NCBI GenBank assembly: GCA_003344405.1
Contig: NOWV01000111.1
Location: 232,670 to 252,669, forward strand
From: Trichoplax sp. H2
Taxonomy: Eukaryota
Direction of reading: 5' to 3'
DNA: 20,000 nucleotides
In this document: piece by piece, positions 10,133 to 20,000 of the stretch
Layout of the letters: each line of letters starts with the position of its first letter
Numbering within the stretch: the first letter of the stretch is position 1
The notes under the pieces: model-generated
Database searches by the model: none
Told to the model about the DNA's origin: nothing
Seen by the model: only the letters and a program-made list of their open reading frames with translations
Position numbers and translations under genes: made by a program

Positions 10133-13100
10133 ATTATACAGCAATGGCAAGAGTTACAAGAATGAATAGTATACGTATATAGTTTCTTTCTTTAGAAATG
10201 TCCGAAGTGATTTTTGTAATAAAATTTCACTTGGATTACCAGGAGTTAACAATTAATTGATTATATATTAGTAACCCTAAAAAAATGATTGATAAAGAAC
10301 TGATATTAAATGTTGAATTGAATATACAGTATTTATTAGGCTAAGCAGGTTATCAATAATAAATTGTGAGAAAATTGACTTGATACGAGAAATAAAAAAA
10401 CGAGATACACGTCGATGCAATAACGTTTTGAAAAAGTGGCAAGGAATTGAGTTAAGATTCAGTGTTAGAAGAAGAGCATCCTCCAATTAAAATAATAAAA
10501 GATGGCCCAAGTACCCAACCATTTCCTACTATACAAAGAGTAATACCTTCGCTAGTTGATACTTTTGTCAAGTGTATTTGAAACTTCATATCAAGTTTAT
10601 AAGGTAATTAATTCTTAATATACGTACCATATATATTAAGAAATGAGAACGATCGAACACACTGCATAAGGAACGTAACTAGGGCAAGGGGCTAAGTAAA
10701 AAATCCATTCTTTAGATTTACCATAGTCTTGGCAATCAAATCGACAAAAGGTGACTAGCGGTTAACAACATTTATTATCTACTATGTTGGTAACTTTGAA
10801 TGAATAAAAAATGTTTCAAAGGCTTACATACAGTGCAATGTAGTTTTATTACAGCCTTCAAGATAGTATTTTAAGAATCCAACTGTGCAGAAGGGGAAGT
10901 AGAAATGCACGGGTACTTAATGTTTGTTAGAAAGCCTATCAGACACTTTGAACTTTTGCTAGGATAAATCGATACGGAGACAACATCAATTGAAAGTCAA
11001 GTCAGACTAGCGATTAGAAATTAATGAGCGTATGATAATAGTTAAAGTCTCATTTTGTTTGTAGACAATAATAGAGCCATCCATCCAATCTTTATTTTAC
11101 TGGCAGACGTCTACGATTGTAGAGAGCAATTAAATAATAATTGAAGACTTTTTCCATACTTATCCAGGGACATTTTCCAATAACCTACTTGATAGTGGTA
11201 TGACAGAGATGCATAGCGGTTAAAAGATCAAATACTTGGCAAGCCAAGAATGCAAAGCATGGGAATAATATTTTTTGATTATGTCCCCTGAATCCCTGAT
11301 TATGTATTAGTGGCCGTGATTCAATTAATTTGCAATGCTACGGTCAATATCAAACAGTTTCTTCTCCTTCCTTCACTGAAGAGGGCTGAAAAATGATTCA
11401 ATAATCGAATTAAGGAGCGTATTAACCTTAGTAATACAGTACTGCATAGACTACTATACAGTAATGTCGTAGTATTTCAAATCAACAGCGATTACAAGAA
11501 TGTTAGTAGCCATTTTCTCTTATTCTAATTATCGATATATTCAATGAATTTCTATGACGACTGAAGTAATTCCACTAATTGGTGATGGCGACCGTGGTCG
11601 AATCTCGTCCACTTTTAGACAATAGGTGAAAAAAATAGAGATTTGAAATTTCCAGAGTGGATTTAATTGGGTTGAGAGGAGGACGAAAACGTCGGTAAAA
11701 ACAGACATAAAATCAATCAAGTTGGACTGATGGCGATTGTAAGCAACTTCATGTATGATATCTTAATCTACGTTATTGTTCACGTTTTTGTTGAGTCAAT
11801 AATTGCAATAAAATGACGAGATTAGGTATCCATAACACGACAGGCTTGAACAGTATGAGGTCATCAAGAGTGAGGGAGTTTGGCCTGGGGCAGTCGTTTA
11901 TTTAAATAATTTAAGTTCAAGGTAGGCAGTGAGAGCGTCAAAGTCAATGAATGATCTAATCAAGTTACTTTTCTAGCTTAAGATTGAAGTTTATTGACGG
12001 TAAATTAGCCTAGTAGACAAGGGGTTATTACTCATGAAGTGTATCCTGTCAATGCATGGTATTGGTATTGGAAAGGTTTTAACGGGAGCGTGTATTCTAT
12101 GCTAAGATAGCGCTGTTATTTTTTGGCAATGATGAATGATGGCAGATAATTTTCCAGTTGCCAGTATAGTACATGGATGAGTCCCATGGTAGTTATTCAA
12201 TAATTGCTCTTTACATACCACTCATGATGAAATATAAAATAAAATGAACGAGAATATGCAAGGTACCAGTTGACAGGGAAACGCAGTAGCAGATACAAGT
12301 GATTGTTGTTGTATTGTTGTATGGGAGGAGAAATTATTGCGGTTACGGAAAGACAGGTTGAAATCAAATATGGCGGATGTAGTTTATGTTGAAGTAGTTA
12401 GGAGACGATTGAATTTAATCCCTGGATCATTGACGTCTGGAACAGTGAGTAAATACCATCCATGGTGGAATTGGGAACGAGTTATAAAGTAAGTTGCGAC
12501 TACGAAAGAAACGATGAAGACCTATCAGCAGCGTTAAAGACTTGATCGAACAGCCAATGCTGTTTTTAGCTGTATCTTGAGAGTTATTTCAATTAATATT
12601 TTATTATGCTAGCCCGATATCATCCAATACAGTATTAGCATAACGGTAAGCCCATCAATATCAGATCATTTCTAGTAAATTTCAACTTGCATTACTCTAG
12701 TAATGGCTTTTCATAATCGAACGGATTGAATGTCTGTTGAGGCTGGCGATGAAAATCACCCCATCAAATTGCTATTTACCCAGCTTCAACATAACCGCCA
12801 TAACGCTAATGCTTGAAGTTCTGTCTATTGCATTATGGAGCCTGTTGGTAATAGCTTTTTTACTTACCCACTAATGCTGAACATCAATTTCTTGCTCTAC
12901 GAATTAACTGGATCGATTCGATCACTCCTCAACATACAACTAGGTAGAATTTCTTTCCCAAGGAGTCCCTGATATGGATATCTTGGATGCTCTCCTTCTC
13001 AATATTTGATCGGTTCAACCCCCAAATTGTTCAACTTGAACGGCCTGCCAAATGTTTCATCCAATGCGCCTACGGACGTTGACTTCCAATGCTAGCCACC

Positions 13101-13269
13101 ACTAAACTAAGTGCTCTAAGTGGAGTGCGTACTCATACTGTACTCTACTGAACTAGAGGTATTTCCAGGCTCGAGTATTTGGAAAGCAAGTGGGTGGGTC
13201 ATGAGTTGCACGACCGGACATGGTGTTGACTTTGACCTGTGCAGCACCATAGACTACTAGAAGCAGACC

Positions 13270-13875
13270 CGGACGGATCGCACCCTCAGACGGACGGAAA
13301 TCTTTACGAACTGGAAAGTGAGGTCCCGTTCATGTCGAAAAATGATTACTGAGTCGGCAACGTGTGTATCTGTTTTCTAAATTACTGGTACTCCTTTCAA
13401 TAACATTGTCGATCTTATCCAGCTGATTGTATGACAGGGACCTGAGCGTAAAAGGACTTTACGCATTGAGCCATCGTAGAATCTAGTTTGGCACAATATG
13501 GAGGTGGGAAGTGTCTGTCCGTCCAAGAACGATCACTCCAGCGACTGCAGCCTGTACACTGTACAGTACAGCAGACTTCTGTATTACTCTACACTATAGT
13601 TAGATCGATCCAGCATCTGTTAACAACTATCAATACATCGCTGAAATGGCTTATAACGATATGATTTATTATGCATACCACATTGTAATTGCTGAGTTTC
13701 AATTCAAATAATTTCCATTACATAATCAATCATGGAGTAAACGTATCCACTTGGGTGTGGTTCCAATACTGTCAGCGAAAGACTTTACACTGCGCAAGAT
13801 CTTCTTCTACTGTAGTACAGTTCAGTACTACAGTGTACAGTACCGCATATCATGCTGTACAGTGTACAGTACTGT
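13270..13875. promoter_or_regulatory. Putative promoter (possibly bidirectional) upstream of PPT1, with GGACGGA and TACAGTAC motif clusters
   Basis: CGGACGGA at 13270-13277, CAGACGGACGGA at 13287-13298 and a reverse copy at 13513-13524. TACAG/CTGTA clusters at 13552-13571 and 13808-13875. Locally higher GC and CpG content. Confidence 0.45.
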
Positions 13876-13970
13876 GCTTCAAGCTTCTGGTTCTCACTCC
13901 AGTCACATGACTCGGACTCTATCTCCTTTCTGCACTGAACTCAAGAAAAAGAATAACAACAGCCTCCAAG

Positions 13971-14885
13971 ATGGCTAGAGCGCTTCTCTCTCGTAGGATT
14001 TTCTTCTCCATCACCTGGATTTTGCTCGGTTTAACTTGTCATACACAGTCAAGCCCAACGCCTGCTGTCTTATGGCATGGCCTTGGTGACAGCTGCTGCA
14101 ACCCACTGAGCTTAGGGCGCATTCAAAAAGTGATTGAATCCAATGTCAAAGGCATCTATGTCAGATCACTACAAATTGGCACCAATTTTTTCGAGGACAC
14201 CTTCAATGGATATTTCTTAAATGCCAATAAGCAAATTGCTATGGTGTGTGAAAAATTAGCAAAAGATCCCAAGTTAAAACACGGTTATAATGCTGTTGGA
14301 TTCTCTCAAGGGGGACAATTTCTGAGAGCAGTAGCTCAACGCTGTCCTAACCCGCCTATGCGTAATTTCATCTCCATTGGAGGACAACATCAAGGTGTTT
14401 ATGGCTTCCCTCGTTGTCCTGGTAATTCCAGCGAATTATGCAATTTATTACGACAACTTCTGAACCAAGGTGTTTATGTACCATTTATTCAAGATAATGT
14501 AACACCAGCGGAATATTGGCAAGATCCTCTCAATAAGAAAGAATATAAGCAGAAAAGTGTTTTCTTAGCTGATATTAATCAGGAAAGAGGAATCAATGCT
14601 ACTTATAAAAAGAATTTAATGAAGTTATCCAAATTCGTCATGGTTAAATTTGAGAATGATACTGTTGTCCAGCCTAAAGCAAGTGAATGGTTTGGATTCT
14701 ATAAAGAAAATTCAACTTCGGAAACTTTCACTCTCCAACAAAGTCGTTTATATAAGGAAGACTGGTTAGGATTGAAGGCCATGGATCACGCCAAAAAGTT
14801 GGTCTTTCTTAAAACTGAAGGCGATCATTTACAGTTTTCTAATAAGTGGTTTATTCAAAATATCGTCAATCCCTATTTAAAGTAG
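13971..14885 (+). CDS. PPT1: Palmitoyl-protein thioesterase 1, lysosomal, intronless, 304 aa
   Basis: Signal-peptide-like N-terminus followed by [19 protein letters not shown]. Nucleophile motif [17 protein letters not shown], then [41 protein letters not shown] (catalytic Asp) and GDHLQ (catalytic His). Several N-glycosylation sequons. Confidence 0.97.
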   Translation: MARALLSRRIFFSITWILLGLTCHTQSSPTPAVLWHGLGDSCCNPLSLGRIQKVIESNVKGIYVRSLQIGTNFFEDTFNGYFLNANKQIAMVCEKLAKDPKLKHGYNAVGFSQGGQFLRAVAQRCPNPPMRNFISIGGQHQGVYGFPRCPGNSSELCNLLRQLLNQGVYVPFIQDNVTPAEYWQDPLNKKEYKQKSVFLADINQERGINATYKKNLMKLSKFVMVKFENDTVVQPKASEWFGFYKENSTSETFTLQQSRLYKEDWLGLKAMDHAKKLVFLKTEGDHLQFSNKWFIQNIVNPYLK

Positions 14886-17268
14886 GGAATGGAGAGATAG
14901 CTTTTGAAGCAATTCTTGCAGTTGATTTACCCTTAAGATAAAATACTCTGTTGTAAATCTATAATCTTGGTAATAGATATTGATTATCCCTACGAAGATA
15001 ACACATCGACGCGTATTTTGCGATTACATCATCGTTTGTCTACATCATATATTAGCTTACGATTTTAGAAGTAACTCTCAACGAACGGGGTTTGCCTGAA
15101 AATGATATCTTTCTAAAGTTTGCTCCAATAGTTGAGTTATCGATCAATACGAGATATGTAGCTAGCCATCGCGATTACTTAACGTCTCGAATTTTATAAA
15201 ATGTCAATTTTCTTAAAAAGTAGTTGTTTTAGCTGACTATTTTATGTTGATAGTATTGGCGTAGCCTACAGTAGTGATCGATTATAAATATGACAATGCT
15301 GCAAGGGTGGTCACAATACTACTGGAATCCTTAGCAGCTCTTTCTTAAAGCGTTGTTCTTCGATATTATATTACTCTATAAGCTTGATGTGGCGCCGTTT
15401 AAAAGATTTCCAAAAGTTTCAAGTTATTTGTATTTTGGCTAACACTGTATAGCGTAGCAACTAAGATAACCACAGCAGCCATAGTGTACATACTGTACTG
15501 TGGTTTAGGTGATTTCGCAATGTTGTTGAAAAAATATATTCTTCACAAATTTACAATACAGAATAAAATGTGAAAAGTATACGTACATGCCTTATGAGTA
15601 TCTACATTTACTACATAATGATTTGCCTATGTGCTATAGCTGAATTAAAGACGAGAGGCTTTTATACACGTCAACAAACGGTATCGTTGCTAAATTAATG
15701 TGGATAGTAGTTCTACTCTTAAAAATCCGAACTTTTTGCTGTTCTAATCATGAAGAGTCGATTATCTATCTGTTCAATGTAAAATTGTAATATTAAAATA
15801 TAATATCTAAAGTTCTGAACACACTTTACATTTCATTCCTAAGCCCGTAGCAGTCCTGAAACGAACTATTTTCAGAAATGTACATGTTGCACAAACTGAC
15901 TCGATATGAATTTGCTTTTTCCGCAGGAAAAGTCAAATAACATTTCATCACCAATATCATCAACTGATCACTAGGTTTTAACTTTGTAAACAGCCTTGTC
16001 CATATCTATCTACTGTACTACGCGTAGAAGTAACTAGTAGCAATACTTTACCGCCGTGGTGGTAAATTAAAACAGATAGTGCAGATGAATTCACATACAG
16101 AAATCGCCTTCGGCGATTTACTAATATCAAGATATAACATACCGTAAAGTTACTGTATAGATCCTATCCTTCAGCTATCAGCCACTCTATTGGACTCCTT
16201 CTAAAGCGGTACCATTACTACATAGGATGCGTTCTTAAACACCAGACAAATTTCAACGGCGTTGACATTAGTATATTTGGAGGTGGAATTTCTCATTTTT
16301 TTTATCAGAGTCTCCTTTACAGCATAGGCTATTTTAGCCAATGGAAAAGTAACCAATAAAAATCATTACGCAGTCAGTAGTTAAACTAACAAGTATCGAC
16401 TAATCTATTTATAATCTAAGCAGCTGGATCCAATGCGTTTATTAATAAATCAAGTAAGATGATACCAGTATTACACGAGTTTTTACTATTCTAAATCACA
16501 GCAGTAAATCGAGATTAATTAGAACTATCATCTACTTTATAAAAGCACTATCGCTACATCCTGACAGTTGCAAGCAGGCTAAGCAATTTTAAAGTTAAAA
16601 AAAGAGACTCGTTAAATCAATCGTAAAGATATTGTGCAGAGCTCTAATACTATGAACCCGCAGTTGAAAATCAGTATACGCGTATATTGGATAAATGCCT
16701 TGCCGTAAATGGTACCAATATCACTTTGTTACAGTTATTTACTGTAACCTGTTGGTTAACACATCCTATTTCTTGCCAGATCCTAGTCAATAGATCAAAT
16801 ATCAGAAGTTATAACTGGACTAATTACTTGTCGCGATCGATCAGTATAAAGCTTTACATTAGGCACTCGTTTTGGAGATTTAATGTTATCCGCAGAATCT
16901 TACGTTAATTAATCACACAACAACCAGATGCGAATACAGTGAAGAAAAAGTTGTGATGAAATTTTTTTAAATTGGGCAAGATTGGACAGAAATATACTAC
17001 TGTTCAATACATTAAATTAAATGTTTCAATGCGAGGACTGCAAGGCTAAAAGTACTGGTTACGCATATTGCGGTGCATTCTAATATACGCAGATATGGAT
17101 GATAATGAATTGAAATTGCAACAAATCTTAATAGTCACTGTGATAATTAAAGTGTTCAAATTTTATCCGGATGAAGCTTTATCGAAATTGACCTAGTGCA
17201 GTAAACATCTCGACTAAGCTTCATGATATACGGTGAAACTAATAATTTGTCCTACACATAAAAGATCG

Positions 17269-17590
<322 letters not shown>

Positions 17591-17629
17591 TCACGCAGTG
17601 CCTTTGCTTCTATCGCACCAGAGTAAGAT

Positions 17630-17661
17630 ACTGTTTAGTGATGAGCTTTTAACCTTAAATA
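17630..17661 (-). promoter_or_regulatory. Candidate core promoter of the beta-thymosin gene (TATTTAA plus Inr-like CAGT)
   Basis: On the minus strand, TATTTAA at 17661-17655 and CAGT at 17633-17630, about 29 nt apart and about 65 nt before the ATG. Confidence 0.4.
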
Positions 17662-18366
17662 GCTATCTAATACGTCTATATTGAACCCCATTTCATTTGC
17701 TTTATCGCTCCCCTTTTCAGAACGTTTCGTGTACTTACAGTATGGCACAATGATGGCGACAATGGGCCTAACGAGGCATAGAAAGTGGAATACAAAAACA
17801 TAAAACATTAAAAGCATTTCATATACGAGTGTAATAGAGAGATTTACAAAGAGATTGGAATTCGCTATGCTTTGGTGTAGCAAGTTATTGAATAGAATTA
17901 TAGAATTATCTACAATATACTAAAGTTATTTTTTTTTTATGAAGTAGTATTCCCTAGAAATTGTTATGACTGGACGTAAGGTCAGAAGAATCCGCAGGCC
18001 GCCTACAACTTTTAAAAATGGCTGATTCCAATACAGCACAGTGCTGTATACTGTTTCAAGGAGTAATTGAAAGTCTGTAATTATGTGATCAGGAATTCAA
18101 TGAATTTTGCCCAAATAGTAGTCTTGAATGATTATAATAGCTACATTAATGCTAGCGAAACTTGTTGATAGAGAGTACCGTAATTTGCGGAATTGCCTCT
18201 AATTATAATTGCTTGTCCATCTTTAACTAAATGATGTTGTTCTTAACCATGGCTTAAGAAAATTTACGTTCACGTTAGCCAGGCTTAATGATCAAATATA
18301 AAATTTACCGAAAAAGATTAAATTAATTAGATGAAGTTAACTATCCTGTTTAGTCTCAAATGTTAC

Positions 18367-19195
18367 TTAATCCTGATCTGCAACAGGTTGTAGCTGAATG
18401 CTCATTTTTTGAACATGTAAATTATATAACATGGCTGCAAATTTAATTGAAGACTCAAGTGCAGTATCTATGCTTGATTCTTCTTCAATAACTGCAGTAA
18501 AATTGGATTAAATTACATATCTAGAAAGGGCAATACTGTCATATACTTCAGTAGTAGTGCCGTATCGCCATCACTTAATAATAATATAATTATAATTATT
18601 AAAAACAATGCTTCTAAAAAGTAGCATGATAATACGCCCACAGTAACATTCAATATCTTAACAGTTACATACCTTCGCTTATTGGCAGTTGTTATATGAA
18701 GTCTTTAATGACAATATTCATAATAATTCCTATAACTTTAAAAGGATACTTTTATATTATGTGCACCGGGAGTTTCTGACGAGACTATAAAAGGCTGGTG
18801 CCTGAAGATTCCTTTTTAGCTAGTTAGTCGGTAAGATAGTCAATTAGTTTTTCAATTGATATTTAATTGTAAAGACTATAATCTTGGGTGCCAAGATTCC
18901 TTCAGTAATAAATGATAGTAAATCTCTGACTATCTCGTCTACATCATCTGTGAGGCTATAATTATACCATAGTATTCGGTCGTTGGAACTGAATTATTTG
19001 GTGATATAGCTAATTTCGCCTCTTTAAGTTAGTAAGTGGCATTCTCCGCAAGGATTGGCGTGTGTAGACTACTTTGTCACTAGTGGTGTGTGACAGCAGT
19101 ACAGTCTTCTCTGCAATCTCAGCGTGCTTGAGTTTGCTGCTATTGAAATTTGCAACTTCACTTGTCGGTAATTTCACTTCAGAGAGAGTTTCCAT
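18367..19195 (-). pseudogene. Second, divergent beta-thymosin-like gene disrupted by a solo LTR. Exon 1 = 19195-19096 plus 18684-18673; exon 2 = 18491-18367
   Basis: Removing the LTR and one TSD copy restores METLSEVKLPTSEVANFNSSKLKHAEIAEKTVLPISE|VIEEESSIDTALESSIKFAAMLYNLHVQKMSIQLQPVADQD* (78 aa). The phase-1 intron 18672-18492 (GTATGT...CTGCAG) is at the same position as in the intact paralogue. Confidence 0.85.
18690..19095 (+). mobile_element. Solo LTR (406 bp), same family as 337-790, with 5-bp target-site duplication GCAGT
   Basis: Starts TGTTAT (18690) and ends GTGACA (19095). GCAGT at 18685-18689 and 19096-19100. TATAAAAG at 18786-18793 and AATAAA at 18907-18912. The 3' ~330 bp is nearly identical to about 458-790. 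Confidence 0.9.
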
Positions 19196-20000
19196 TCTGC
19201 AATGACTACGGTACTTTTCGTGAATGTAAATATTTATATTTAATGCTCAAATCTTACAAATGTAGTGCGCCCTTTAAGAATAATATAGTACTTAGTGTTT
19301 AACTACGTCTCTCTAGAAGCCTTCCGCACTGCGAAGATCTTAAAAGTAGTAAACACTTAAAGAGCCTTTACAAAGTACCATTAAATGATTAGACGACGAC
19401 GAATGATGACTAGAACTAACTCATTGTTATGATAGTTTACTAGTGCACACTACAAATTTACATCAGCTGCGAAGATACTGCAGCAACATGCATTATGTGA
19501 TGCACATACTCCTCGTCATGAAGAAAAGTGGATCTCTTCAACCTGATCCTGATCATAGAAAATTAATATATTTCATCCATTAACATCATAACAATTGTGG
19601 TTTGATTGTCGTCATTCTTGGTAATTAAGTAAAGTTGCCTTCCAACAATAATGTTAACAATAATGTTGGCAGAAGAGGAGCGAGTCATTGTTTCTTTTAT
19701 TCATCTTGAACAACGTATACACCAAATGGCAGATGCTACGGACATTACTCTTCATTATTATCATTATATTATTATGCCTGCAACTGTTGTATATTACGTT
19801 ATGATATAAGGTATACTGCGTTAATAGTATTCACTCTGAATCATGCTAAAATATTCAAAACAACTGACTGTCCACACAATATGTGGCGACCTGGATGGAA
19901 TGGATTCGTCATCTATACGTATGATTTTGTATAGTATTAGAAAAATTCTCTATTTGAGTAGCTATATTAACTATCTGAAGCTTTCCTACTAACATGATAC

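Noticed and set aside
12314-12345. TTGTTGTATGGGAGGAGA resembling the 5' end of U6atac snRNA
   Set aside because: No following AGC triad or internal stem-loop, so probably a chance match. An Infernal search would settle it.
12321-12492. 56-aa plus-strand ORF MGGEIIAVTEDRLK...WWNWERVIK
   Set aside because: Short, with no family resemblance or supporting gene structure.
13689-13978. ORFs 13689-13910 and 13751-13978
   Set aside because: They are translations of the TACAGTAC motif cluster and PPT1 leader, and begin at non-ATG codons.
16048-16119. Two small hairpins (tttaccgccgtggtggtaaa; aaatcgccttcggcgattt)
   Set aside because: Stems of 8 bp or less are expected by chance, and no ncRNA family features are present.

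Overview
AT-rich eukaryotic (animal) genomic DNA with compact genes and short introns (about 50-600 nt). The style fits an early-branching metazoan such as a placozoan, but that is inference. Genes assembled by hand: (1) an 8-exon RBM41 orthologue (+, 5201-7153, 413 aa) with a probable GC-AG intron and spliced upstream exons carrying uORFs; (2) an unnamed 6-exon, 275-aa low-complexity protein (-, 10132-8234) with a capping-protein-regulator-like basic motif and repeated proline/'ELxxKLK' motifs; (3) an intronless PPT1 (+, 13971-14885); (4) an intact 2-exon beta-thymosin (-, 17566-17269); (5) a second, C-terminally extended beta-thymosin (-, 19195-18367) split by a solo LTR. Two related solo LTRs (337-790 and 18690-19095) each have TGT...ACA ends and a 5-bp target-site duplication. 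They share an almost identical 3' part but have unrelated 5' parts. The first lies in a duplicated segment next to an assembly gap, and the other copy of that segment keeps the empty site. Also present are a ~112-bp minisatellite and clusters of TACAGTAC/GGACGGA motifs upstream of two genes.
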